DNA from: Hyalangium minutum
GTDB taxonomy: Bacteria > Myxococcota > Myxococcia > Myxococcales > Myxococcaceae
Direction: 5' to 3'
NCBI RefSeq assembly: GCF_000737315.1
Contig: NZ_JMCB01000003.1
Coordinates: 558,001-622,000, forward strand
Length of the DNA: 64,000 nucleotides
Part shown: piece by piece, positions 8,758 to 17,658 of the stretch
Position numbering within the stretch: the stretch's first letter is position 1
How the letters are laid out: every line of letters starts with the position of its first letter
Translations under genes and position numbers: made by a program
Notes under the pieces: model-generated
Seen by the model: only the letters and a program-made list of their open reading frames with translations
Told to the model about the DNA's origin: nothing
Databases searched by the model: none

Positions 8758-11700
8758 TCAGCGCAGTTGCATGATGACCTGCACCAGCGCCAGGGCCTCG
8801 GTGACGGACTGCCAGACCTGCATGGCCTTCAGGTCTTCCTCGCCGGACTGGAGGCTGCGCTTCGCGGCGCGCTCCAGGGGCTCCAGGGCCGCCTGGATGA
8901 GCGCCACCTGCCTCGGGAGATCCACCGGAATGGGCGCGGAGGCGGCTCGCTGCAGCGCGGGCGCCATCTGCACCTGGCGCTCCGACATGGCCGCCACCGC
9001 CTTCGTGAGCTGCTCCATATAAGGACCCAGGTCCGGAGGCGGAGCCGCAGCCGCCGGGGCAGCCGCCGGAGCCTGGATCGAGCGCTCGGCCAGGGCCTTC
9101 ATCACCTTCGCCAGGTGCTGGAGGTACGGCGTCAGATCCGTTCCCGAAGTCACATTCACCACCGGTGCGGGCGGCGGCGTCTCCTTCACCTCGCGGGCCA
9201 CCTTCGCCACCTCGAGCACGGCTTCGCGCAGCGCCTCCAGGCGCGGCGTCACGGTCGCCACGGGATCCGGACCGGGCTTTCGCTCCTGCTGGCCCTTGCG
9301 CACCGTCTCCGCGGCCTGAGAGACGGCCTGTCCCACCACGCCCAGCTGCTCCTCGATGGCGCTGAGCTGGCCTGTCACGCGAGCGACCGGATCGTCCTCC
9401 TTGCCGCCCATGCGCTTGATGCGCGCGAAGCCCTGCTTGATCTCCTCCCAGCGCTTCGACTTCTCCGGAGTGAGCCGCCCGCGCATCTCGGACAGCTTGA
9501 GCAGGTTCTGCTCCGCCGCCGTGGTGAGCGTCTGGGACTCGCCCTGGTAGTGGTCGTCGATGAGCCGCTCCAGCTCCTCGTCGGTCATCGCCGCGACCAC
9601 CTTCTCGGCGAGCTTGTTCATGTTGCGGTAGCTGCCCTGGAGCTTGAACGCGGGCTCGCTGCGGAAGCGCTCGTCCTGCGCCGCCGAGGCGATGTACTGC
9701 AGGTTCACCTTCAGCAGCACCTTCTGCACCCGGAACAGCCGCTCCAGCACCGCGGTGATCTCCTGGATCTCCGCCGCCGCGTAGCCGTACGAGAGCTCGC
9801 CCGTGTTCACCTCTTCGCCGCGCGACATCCGGATGAACTTGTGGATGTCACCCTGATCGCGCGTGGCCAGCGGGGCCAGCGCCGAGTTCGAGGTGAGCGA
9901 GTTCTCGATGTAGCTGAGCGAGAACAGATCCTCCTTGCCGTCGAGGATGTCGCCCAGGTTGTACGTGTCGGCGCGGTTGGCGAGCATGTCCGGGATCTTG
10001 AAGCGCTCGCCCGTCTCCGTGTACGGGTTGCCGGCCATCACCACGCAGAACTTCTTGCCGCGCAGGTCATACGTGCGCGTGCGGCCGTTCCAGACGCCCT
10101 CGATGCGGCGCTGTCCGTCGCACAGCGAGATGAACTTCTGCAGCAGCTCCGAGTCCGTGTGCTGGATGTCGTCGAGGTAGAGCATCACGTTGTTGCCCAT
10201 CTCGAAGGACAGGTTGATGCGCTCCACCTCCTGGCGGGCGGTGGCGTTGGGCGCCTCCGCCGGATCCAGCGACTTCACCGAGTGCCCCAGCGCCGGGCCG
10301 TTCACCTTCACGAAGGTCAGCCCGAGCCGGCTCGCGACATACTCCATGAGCGTCGTCTTGCCGTAGCCGGGAGGCGACATGAGCAGCAGCATGCCCATGC
10401 GATCCGTGCGCTTGTTCTCTCCCGCCGCGCCGAGCTGCTTGGCCAGGTTGGCGCCGATGAGCGGCAGGTACACGCCGTCGATCAGCTGGTTGCGCACGAA
10501 GGACGTGAGCACCTTGGGGCTCAGCTCCTCCAGCCGCAGCTTCCGGCGCTCGCGCTCCAGCAAGTCCCGCAGCAGGCCACGGTAGGCGTGGTAGGCCGGC
10601 ACCCGGAGCTGGCGGAACTCGCCCAGCCGCGCCAGGAACTCGTCCAGGCGCAGCATCATCTTGCGGTCTGTGATGCGCGGGTGCTGGCCGAGCAGTCCGG
10701 TCACCTCCAGCGAGGTGAGCGCGCCCGCCTCCTGGCGATCCAGCTTGCGCTCCGTGAGCAGCAGCACGGCGGCCTCCGCGGCCACGTGCGCCGCGTCCCC
10801 TGCCCCACCCTCGCGCTGCGCCAGGTACGCGTCCACCCAGGCCCGGGCAATGCGCAGGCGCTCGGGCAGGTTCTTCTCCAGGCCCCGCAGATCGTCCTCG
10901 AAGGCCGGGCGGTTCCCCTTCCGGTCCAGCTGGCCGAGGAACGCATCCTTGACCGCCACGGCCTCGGCGCTGGTGGTGAAGCGCGGCCGCTCCGCTCCCA
11001 GTTCCTCCACGAGGTAGCGCCCGGCCTGCCGGGCCTCCGCGATCGAGTGAGCGATCTTGTTCGCCGTGAGGAAGGCCCCCACGTGATCGCCCAGCTCGTT
11101 GCCCAGCACCGTCAGCTCCGCCGCGCTGGAGAACACCGAGCGCAGGCGGGCCAGGCTGCGCGCCCGGCGGTGGAGAATGGTACGGGCCGCGTCGTCCGAG
11201 TCGAAGGCCCAGTACAGCGCCGCCCAGGCCCGAGGCGTGGGAGCGAAGCGCAGCAGCCCCGCGCCCTTGTGCAGCGTCAGCAGCTTCTCGAGGATGGCGG
11301 CGGCGTCCGAGTCGTGGATGCCGCGCTCGTAGCCCTCATCGAACTTCTCGGCCGAGTACGCGCGCACGCGCTCCAGCAAGGTGCCATCGGCGGCGGACTC
11401 GTGCAGAGCCAGGAGGCTCACGCTGCTCCGGCCCTCCTCCACGTCCGCGAGCATGTTGGAAGCCAGATACTCCGAGCGGTACACCTCGCGCGTCTCGGAG
11501 ACGAGGTGCTGATCCCAGAGTTCCTTGTACTTCTCCAGCTCCGGATCCTCGAGGCGCTGGGCGTAGTCCGTGCCGGTGAGCTGCAAGTAGAGCACGCCGT
11601 CGCGCGGCAGCAGCGTCAGCTCCAGCGGCTGGGTGTTGACGTTGAAGCGGTACTTCCCGAACTTGATGACGGACTGGCCGTCCTCGAAGAGATCCTGGCG

Positions 11701-14262
11701 ATCGCGCAGGGCCCGCAGCGCGTCCTGGCGTGCGCTCTTCACGCGCGAGAGCACCTCGTCCGCGCGGACGCTGTCCTGCAGCTCCATCAGCTGCTCGGAG
11801 AGCTGGCGCAGCTTCTGGACCATGGTGTCGGACGCGAAGTACGTGTTCAGCTCGTCGTCCGACTTGAAGCTCTTGGCCCGGCGCTGCACGCCCACGAGGA
11901 TGCGCTCGGCGGCGCTGAACAGGTTCTGCGCGCGGCGCTGGCGCTCGTCCACCAGTGCCTGCTTCTTCGCCCCGAAGGCCTCGATCAGCTCCTCGCGCTT
12001 CTGGGTGATGGGGCCGAGGAACTCGTCGAACTCACCGAAGCGGCCCTCCAGCTCCTCGAGCTGGACGGTGATGCGCGACATGCCCTCGTCGCACTTCTCC
12101 GGCGTGTCCGCCACGGACAGGCCACTCTCGATGTTCTGCGCGAGCAGCTTGAACTGGGCGCCGAACTCCGCGCGCTTCTCGCGGCCCACCAGCTCCTTGC
12201 GCTTCACCTGGAGCCCGGCGCGCACCCGGTTCAGCCGGGAGAACAGCTCGGAGACCCCTTCCAGGATCTTCGCGCGGGCCAGCGGATCGCCCACCTGGAG
12301 CCCACCCACCACCTCGCCCAGCACCTCCAGGCCCTTGCCCACCTTCTCGATGTCCTCGGCGAGCGGGGCCAGCTCTGACGTGGTCTGCACCGGCTCCAGC
12401 CTGCCCAGCAGCACGTCCAGGCGATCGCCCACGGGCTGGAGCGCCTCGCCCTTCTGGAAGAAGTTCACACAGTCGGCGCTGACGCGGTCCGTCTCCTCGA
12501 CGACCTGCTTCTCCAGCGCCTCCACCCGCGAGAGCTCGATGTAGCGGATCTCCTTGAGGCTGATGAGGTGGCCGCGCTGCTGACGCAGCTCGGTGAGGGC
12601 CTGCATGTAGGCCTCGGCGTTCGTCAGCTCCTCGGGCCGCACCTTCAGCACCAGCGCCTGCTGCTTGGCGTCGGCCTCGGTGATGGCGGTGACGGCGCGC
12701 TTCTGCAGCGCCTGGACCTTCTCGAACTCATCGATGATGAGCTCGGCGGTGCGGCGCAGCGCCTCCATGGGCGCCTGGAGCCCCACCTCGGCGTGCGCGA
12801 GCCAGTAGTACGCGTCCAGCGCGCGCGTCACCGAACCAATCAGATCCTCATAGATGCGGCGGGTGGGCTTCTCGGACTTCGCGCTGCGCTGCAGGGTGAG
12901 CGCGTCGGAGATGCCGCGCACCAGCTCGGCGTTGCCCACCTTGCCCAGGTAGCCGGGGGCCGCGGGCAGGGCGGCGGCGTGCTCGGCGGAGACGAACGGC
13001 GTCTGCCAGATCTGCATCGGGTGGACGCGCGTCGGCTCGTTCGAGGTGGCGCGGAAGAGGGCCAGACACCCGTCCGCGAAGAGGCTGTAGCCGTGCCCGA
13101 GCAGCGGGTTCTGCACCTCCTTGCGCACCAGGTTGTACGGGAAGAGGACGTAGCTGCCCTCGTCGCGCCGGTGGAAGATGTAGAGCACGTCCTCGCCGTT
13201 GGGCGAGCGGATGGCCTTGGTGAACTCCATGCCCTCCGAGGTGCCCTCGAAAACCTTGAAGTCGCCCGTCTGCAGGTAGAAGCCGCCGGGGAAGATGACG
13301 CCCTGGTCCTCCGGGAGCCGGACGCACGCCTGCCCGATGGCGTCGATGCGCACCACGTGCTGTGTGCGCGTGTTGAAGACGAGGTAGCGGTGCTCCTTCT
13401 CGCGGAACGGCAGCACGCGCAGCAGAATCAGCGCGCCCACCTGTGAGTAGGCGATCTCCGCGTCATCCAGAGACTGGTCCGCGTCCGCCACGGGCTCGCT
13501 GTAGATGCCCAGGCCCGTGCTGGTGTTGTTCTCCACCTTGACGGTGAGGTCGCCCTTCACCGTCTCCACGAAGACCTGATCCAGGATGTTCACGTGCGGG
13601 TGGGTGCCCAGCACGTAGTTCTCGCGCCGCGCCACCGTCCACTCGAAGTCGTGTGACGGCGGGAAGACGTGATCGCGCTCGCCCTGGTTGTCGATATAGG
13701 TAGCGCGGCCCTCCACATCGACGCTGAAGCGGAACACCTTGATGTCCCGCAGGGTCAGGCCCGTCTGGAAGATGGCCAGCAGCCGCGACTCGGTGCGAAC
13801 CAGCTGCAGCAGCTTTGCGTCCTTGTAGTACTTGTACAGCTCCCCAAAGTCCTTCACGAACCGGGGATCCGCCAGGAAGCCACCGGCCTCCGTGGTGGGC
13901 ACAGCGGAGAGATCGAAGCCCTCCGCCGTCTTCTCGAACTTGTGCAGCGAGAAGACGTCCGCGACGGTCGTCTCCTTCTTCAACCCGATGAAGACGTTGT
14001 AGCCGAAGAGCAGGTACTTCCCGACGCTGACGATGTCGCGCGGGACGCAGTTGTTCTCCGTGCGGACCCGCTCGTTCCCGATGACGGTGAGCTCGGTGCC
14101 ACCAAAGAGGGCCTTGCGGCGCGCGTTGAGATCCGCGGCTCGGGTGCCCAGCTCTTCCGCCTGAGCGAGCAAACGGGCGCGGATGACCTCGTAGCTGCCG
14201 CCCTCCAGCGTCGTCTCGCCCGCGGGGGCAGTCCCCGCGGGCTTCGCGCCGTCAGTTGCCAT
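8758..14262 (-). CDS. Giant (1834 aa) coiled-coil AAA+ ATPase (DUF3686-type, often labelled 'DNA repair ATPase')
   Basis: Walker A SPPGYGKT, Walker B MLYLDDIQH, sensor-1 VVMAGNPY, Arg-finger-like DMLANR; long coiled-coil middle; N-terminal LEGGSYEVIRARL; strong GC3 codon bias. Confidence 0.85.
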   Translation of the reverse strand: MATDGAKPAGTAPAGETTLEGGSYEVIRARLLAQAEELGTRAADLNARRKALFGGTELTVIGNERVRTENNCVPRDIVSVGKYLLFGYNVFIGLKKETTVADVFSLHKFEKTAEGFDLSAVPTTEAGGFLADPRFVKDFGELYKYYKDAKLLQLVRTESRLLAIFQTGLTLRDIKVFRFSVDVEGRATYIDNQGERDHVFPPSHDFEWTVARRENYVLGTHPHVNILDQVFVETVKGDLTVKVENNTSTGLGIYSEPVADADQSLDDAEIAYSQVGALILLRVLPFREKEHRYLVFNTRTQHVVRIDAIGQACVRLPEDQGVIFPGGFYLQTGDFKVFEGTSEGMEFTKAIRSPNGEDVLYIFHRRDEGSYVLFPYNLVRKEVQNPLLGHGYSLFADGCLALFRATSNEPTRVHPMQIWQTPFVSAEHAAALPAAPGYLGKVGNAELVRGISDALTLQRSAKSEKPTRRIYEDLIGSVTRALDAYYWLAHAEVGLQAPMEALRRTAELIIDEFEKVQALQKRAVTAITEADAKQQALVLKVRPEELTNAEAYMQALTELRQQRGHLISLKEIRYIELSRVEALEKQVVEETDRVSADCVNFFQKGEALQPVGDRLDVLLGRLEPVQTTSELAPLAEDIEKVGKGLEVLGEVVGGLQVGDPLARAKILEGVSELFSRLNRVRAGLQVKRKELVGREKRAEFGAQFKLLAQNIESGLSVADTPEKCDEGMSRITVQLEELEGRFGEFDEFLGPITQKREELIEAFGAKKQALVDERQRRAQNLFSAAERILVGVQRRAKSFKSDDELNTYFASDTMVQKLRQLSEQLMELQDSVRADEVLSRVKSARQDALRALRDRQDLFEDGQSVIKFGKYRFNVNTQPLELTLLPRDGVLYLQLTGTDYAQRLEDPELEKYKELWDQHLVSETREVYRSEYLASNMLADVEEGRSSVSLLALHESAADGTLLERVRAYSAEKFDEGYERGIHDSDAAAILEKLLTLHKGAGLLRFAPTPRAWAALYWAFDSDDAARTILHRRARSLARLRSVFSSAAELTVLGNELGDHVGAFLTANKIAHSIAEARQAGRYLVEELGAERPRFTTSAEAVAVKDAFLGQLDRKGNRPAFEDDLRGLEKNLPERLRIARAWVDAYLAQREGGAGDAAHVAAEAAVLLLTERKLDRQEAGALTSLEVTGLLGQHPRITDRKMMLRLDEFLARLGEFRQLRVPAYHAYRGLLRDLLERERRKLRLEELSPKVLTSFVRNQLIDGVYLPLIGANLAKQLGAAGENKRTDRMGMLLLMSPPGYGKTTLMEYVASRLGLTFVKVNGPALGHSVKSLDPAEAPNATARQEVERINLSFEMGNNVMLYLDDIQHTDSELLQKFISLCDGQRRIEGVWNGRTRTYDLRGKKFCVVMAGNPYTETGERFKIPDMLANRADTYNLGDILDGKEDLFSLSYIENSLTSNSALAPLATRDQGDIHKFIRMSRGEEVNTGELSYGYAAAEIQEITAVLERLFRVQKVLLKVNLQYIASAAQDERFRSEPAFKLQGSYRNMNKLAEKVVAAMTDEELERLIDDHYQGESQTLTTAAEQNLLKLSEMRGRLTPEKSKRWEEIKQGFARIKRMGGKEDDPVARVTGQLSAIEEQLGVVGQAVSQAAETVRKGQQERKPGPDPVATVTPRLEALREAVLEVAKVAREVKETPPPAPVVNVTSGTDLTPYLQHLAKVMKALAERSIQAPAAAPAAAAPPPDLGPYMEQLTKAVAAMSERQVQMAPALQRAASAPIPVDLPRQVALIQAALEPLERAAKRSLQSGEEDLKAMQVWQSVTEALALVQVIMQLR

Positions 14263-14293
14263 GAATGTTCACCGGGAAGGAACGGGTGGGAGC

Positions 14294-16525
14294 CTAGCCC
14301 TGGGACTTCTCAGAGGAGGCCGGCCGGGCGCTGCCCTCGACGATCGGCTGCTGCGGCTGAGCCGCGGCCTGCGGAGCCGGAGCGCTGGTCACCATGCGGT
14401 GCAGGAGCGCCGCCACGGCCAGGTTCTGCGCGTCGTTGGTGAGCCCGGGCTTGGAGAGGATCTCCTTCAGATCCGCGGAGAGATCCTTCTCGCCGGACAG
14501 GTAGGGCTGGGCCACCGTGCGCAGCGCCTCGCCGTGATCGAGCGCGCCGTCCACCGAGGCGCCAACTGTGACGGCCTTGACGAACCGCTCGAAGAACTGG
14601 CCGTCGCCGCCGACGATCTGGAACTTCGCGTGGCTGAAGGCCTCCGCGAGCACCTTGGCCTGAGACTCGGCCACGGACTGACGGACGCGGATGGCCTCGA
14701 GCTCCACATCGCGCTCCTTGGCCAGGCGCAGGCGGAACTCCTCGTGCTCCCGGCCCACGCCGTCCAGCGCCTTCATGGAGTTGGCCTTCTCGGCCAGGCC
14801 CTTGGCCTCGGCCATGAGCTTCTCCTGGATGGCGACCGCCTCGGCCTCGCCGCGCTTCTGGATGGCGCTGGCCTCGGCCTCTTGGGCACGCGCGTGCGCC
14901 AGGCCCTTCTCCTGTTCGCCGGATGCCTCCGCCAGCAGGCGCTTCTGCAGGGCGGCCGCCTCGGCCTCCTGGATGCGCGCCTTGGCGAGACCCTTCTCCT
15001 GCTCACCCGCGGCCTCCGCCAGCAGCCGCTCGCGGATGGCCTCGGCCTGGGCATGGCCCTGCTTCTTGATGACCTCGGCCTCGGCCTCCTTCACGCGCAC
15101 GTTGGCCAGGCCCTGCTTCTCGCTGGCCACGGCGTCCGCCTCCCTCACGCGCACGTTGGCCAGGCCCGGGGCGGCCGTCTCCGCCTGGACGCCCTCGGCC
15201 AGCCGCGCCTTCGCCTTGGCCGTCTTGTCGGCGGCCTCGAGGTCCGCCTCGGCCAGGGTGAGCCGCTCCTTGGCCAAGTACTTGGACACCTCGTTGCTGG
15301 CCTCGGCGGCCTTGATGTCCTTGACGAGCTTCTCCTGAGCGTGGGCCTCGGCGGTGATGAGCAGCGCGTCCTTGTGGCGCTTGGCCTCGGCCGTCACGCG
15401 CAGATCCTTGATGCGCTCCTCCTCCTCGGCCACCGTCTTGTCCACGGCGATGCGCGAGCGGATGACGTCCGCGATGGCCTTCTTCTCCGTCTCGAGCGCC
15501 TTCTCCTTGGCGATGCGCTGCAGCTCCGTCTCCCGCTCGCGGTTGATGGCCTCGAGCATCCGATCCTTCTCGACGCGCTCGGTCTCCACACCCACCACGC
15601 GCTCGCGGTTCTTCTCCGCGACTTCGACCTGGCGCTGCTTGTTCTGCTCGTTGATGAGGATCTCTTCCTCGGCCTTGATGCGAGCCAGCTCCGACTTGGC
15701 GTGCTCCTCGGACTTCACGCGCTCGGCCTCGGACGTCTCGCGGGCCTGGACGCTCTCGATCTCCCGCTTCTGCTTGGCGGCGGCCTCGGTGCGCTGGCGC
15801 TCGAGGGCGAAGATGGCCTCGTCCGCCTCCACGTTGCGCTTGGTCATGGCCATGCGCTCGTTCTGCTTCAGCTCGTTGGTGCTGACGTTCTGCACCGTGG
15901 TGAGCTCGGTGATCTTCCGGATGCCCTGCGCGTCCAGGATGTTGTCCGGATCGAGCATCTCGACCGGCGTCTGCTCCAGGAAGTCGATGGCGCAGTCCTC
16001 CAGCATGTAGCCGTTGAGATCCCGGCCGATCACCTTGACGACCTCGTCCTTGATCTCGTCGCGCTGGGTGTAGAGGTCCTCGAAGTCGAACTTCTTGCCC
16101 ACCGTCTTGAGGGCCTCGGAGAACTTGGCCTCGAAGAGGTTCTCCAGCGTCTGCTGGTCACTGGCGCGGACGCAGCCGATGGCGCCAGAGACCTTGAGCA
16201 CGTCCTCGCGCGTCTTGTTCACGCGCACGAAGAAGGTGACCTTGATGTCCGCGCGGATGTTGTCCCTGCAGATCAGGCCCTCCTTGCCGCGCCGGTCGAT
16301 CTCCACCGTCTTCAGGGAGATGTCCATCACCTCGGCACGGTGGATGATGGGGATGACCACCGCGCCCGTGAAGGTGACGGTCGGCTCGCTCTTGAGCGTG
16401 TTGATGATCAGCACCTTGCCCTGATCCACCTGCCGGTAGAAGCGAGCGATGGTGAAGAGGGTGCCGAACAGCAGGACGCTGCCGGCACCGATGGCTCCGG
16501 CGACTGTGGGGAGATCCAGATCCAT
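14294..16525 (-). CDS. Flotillin-like SPFH protein (YqiK-like)
   Basis: N-terminal TM helix; SPFH domain (EVMDISLKTVEIDRRGKEGLICRDNIRADIKVTFFVRVN); long AE-rich coiled coil with repeated GLA-x-AR/VR-x-x-EAEA units. Confidence 0.9.
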   Translation of the reverse strand: MDLDLPTVAGAIGAGSVLLFGTLFTIARFYRQVDQGKVLIINTLKSEPTVTFTGAVVIPIIHRAEVMDISLKTVEIDRRGKEGLICRDNIRADIKVTFFVRVNKTREDVLKVSGAIGCVRASDQQTLENLFEAKFSEALKTVGKKFDFEDLYTQRDEIKDEVVKVIGRDLNGYMLEDCAIDFLEQTPVEMLDPDNILDAQGIRKITELTTVQNVSTNELKQNERMAMTKRNVEADEAIFALERQRTEAAAKQKREIESVQARETSEAERVKSEEHAKSELARIKAEEEILINEQNKQRQVEVAEKNRERVVGVETERVEKDRMLEAINRERETELQRIAKEKALETEKKAIADVIRSRIAVDKTVAEEEERIKDLRVTAEAKRHKDALLITAEAHAQEKLVKDIKAAEASNEVSKYLAKERLTLAEADLEAADKTAKAKARLAEGVQAETAAPGLANVRVREADAVASEKQGLANVRVKEAEAEVIKKQGHAQAEAIRERLLAEAAGEQEKGLAKARIQEAEAAALQKRLLAEASGEQEKGLAHARAQEAEASAIQKRGEAEAVAIQEKLMAEAKGLAEKANSMKALDGVGREHEEFRLRLAKERDVELEAIRVRQSVAESQAKVLAEAFSHAKFQIVGGDGQFFERFVKAVTVGASVDGALDHGEALRTVAQPYLSGEKDLSADLKEILSKPGLTNDAQNLAVAALLHRMVTSAPAPQAAAQPQQPIVEGSARPASSEKSQG

Positions 16526-16636
16526 TGCGATCCTTCTAACGTGACAAGCGGCGGGCTGTGGCTGACGCGTCCGGAGTCCCCCGCGAACGGCTCTCCGGAC
16601 GGCGAATGAAGCGACGGTGAGACGTCGCCAAGAGGG

Positions 16637-17503
16637 CTAATGGACCCGATCCCGTGCACGGGCGGCGATGGCGGTGGCCTTCGCCGGGTCCTGAATCTGG
16701 GCGATCTCCTCTGGGAGGAGGAAATCGACAGGCTCCACCTCGTAGACGTCCCGCGCCGGGTCGTAGCCGAGGATGAGCGCCTGATCGCCGCGCTTGAGCT
16801 CATTGTCGCGAGCGCAGAAGACGTTGAGGATGAGCCCGGCGCCGCCATCCGCGAGCGTGGCGTGGCCATGAGCGCCCGTGACGCTGCCGCTGTTGATGGT
16901 GCACACGCGGCCCATGAGCGAGTCCCGCCCGGGGGCCTGCTTGGCGATGAAGATGGGGCGCAGCGGCCTCACGGCCAGCGACGCCGCGAGCGTCCCGAGC
17001 ACCGAGCACAGCACAAAGAGGCCCGCGCCAATGGCAGCCCCCGGCACGAAGGAGCCCAGCAGGTTGTAGGCCGGGCCCCGGGTCGCGATGGAGAGGATCC
17101 AGGCCGCGAAGATGACGAAGCTGAAGGAGATCGTCACCGGGATGCCCGCGAAGCCCAGCGAGGCGAAGAGGCCCGACGCATCCCCGTCTACGTCATGATC
17201 GTGTCCGGCGTGGCCGTGAGCATCCGCGCCCTCGAAGGCACCCGAGGCGGCCTTGGCGCCACCCTCCAGCATGCCCCCGGCGGCCTTGGCACCACCCTCC
17301 AGGAGTCCACCGGCGGCCTTGGCACCGCCCTCCAGGAGTCCACCGGCGGCCTTGGCACCCGCCGAGAGGTCCACATCCCCATCGAGGACGTCGATTCCCA
17401 CTGCGCCGAGGATGACGCACAGCCAGTACGTCAGCGTCACCCCCATAAGGATGGTGAAGAAGGCGGTGGGGAACGCGAGGATGGACTCGAGGAAGGGAGA
17501 CAT
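16637..17503 (-). CDS. DUF1449/YqiJ-like inner-membrane protein (NfeD-like OB-fold C-terminus)
   Basis: Several TM helices (FPTAFFTILMGVTL..., FASLGFAGIPVTISFS); C-terminal GRVCTINSGSVT...G.A.L.DGGAGLILNV OB-fold. Likely start MSPFLES at 17503 rather than 17629. Confidence 0.8.
   Translation of the reverse strand: MSPFLESILAFPTAFFTILMGVTLTYWLCVILGAVGIDVLDGDVDLSAGAKAAGGLLEGGAKAAGGLLEGGAKAAGGMLEGGAKAASGAFEGADAHGHAGHDHDVDGDASGLFASLGFAGIPVTISFSFVIFAAWILSIATRGPAYNLLGSFVPGAAIGAGLFVLCSVLGTLAASLAVRPLRPIFIAKQAPGRDSLMGRVCTINSGSVTGAHGHATLADGGAGLILNVFCARDNELKRGDQALILGYDPARDVYEVEPVDFLLPEEIAQIQDPAKATAIAARARDRVH
17246..17360. repeat. 33-bp tandem repeat (about 3.5 copies) encoding GAKAAGGLLEG
   Basis: Unit ggcggccttggcaccaccctccaggagtccacc starts at 17246, 17279, 17312 and 17345. 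Confidence 0.9.
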
Positions 17504-17658
17504 CAGCCCAAGGGTTGGTGTTCCAAGAAAGTCTAGACGATCAGGGGGGCGGCCAGGGAAGCCCCGCCGGACGAATCTGGTCACGCTTGCCTGCCCCTCA
17601 TGCCACCTGCCTGTAGCGGATTGCAGCAAGGGGGCAGGCTGCGCATCCCAACTGGGCC

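Noticed and set aside
8758-14262. 'DNA repair' function for the giant ATPase
   Set aside because: No nuclease, helicase or SMC signature motifs were seen, and the context (flotillin, NfeD-like) points to the membrane rather than DNA.
17246-17360. 33-bp repeats as a possible CRISPR array
   Set aside because: The units are contiguous with no unique spacers, lie in frame inside a CDS, and no cas genes are present.
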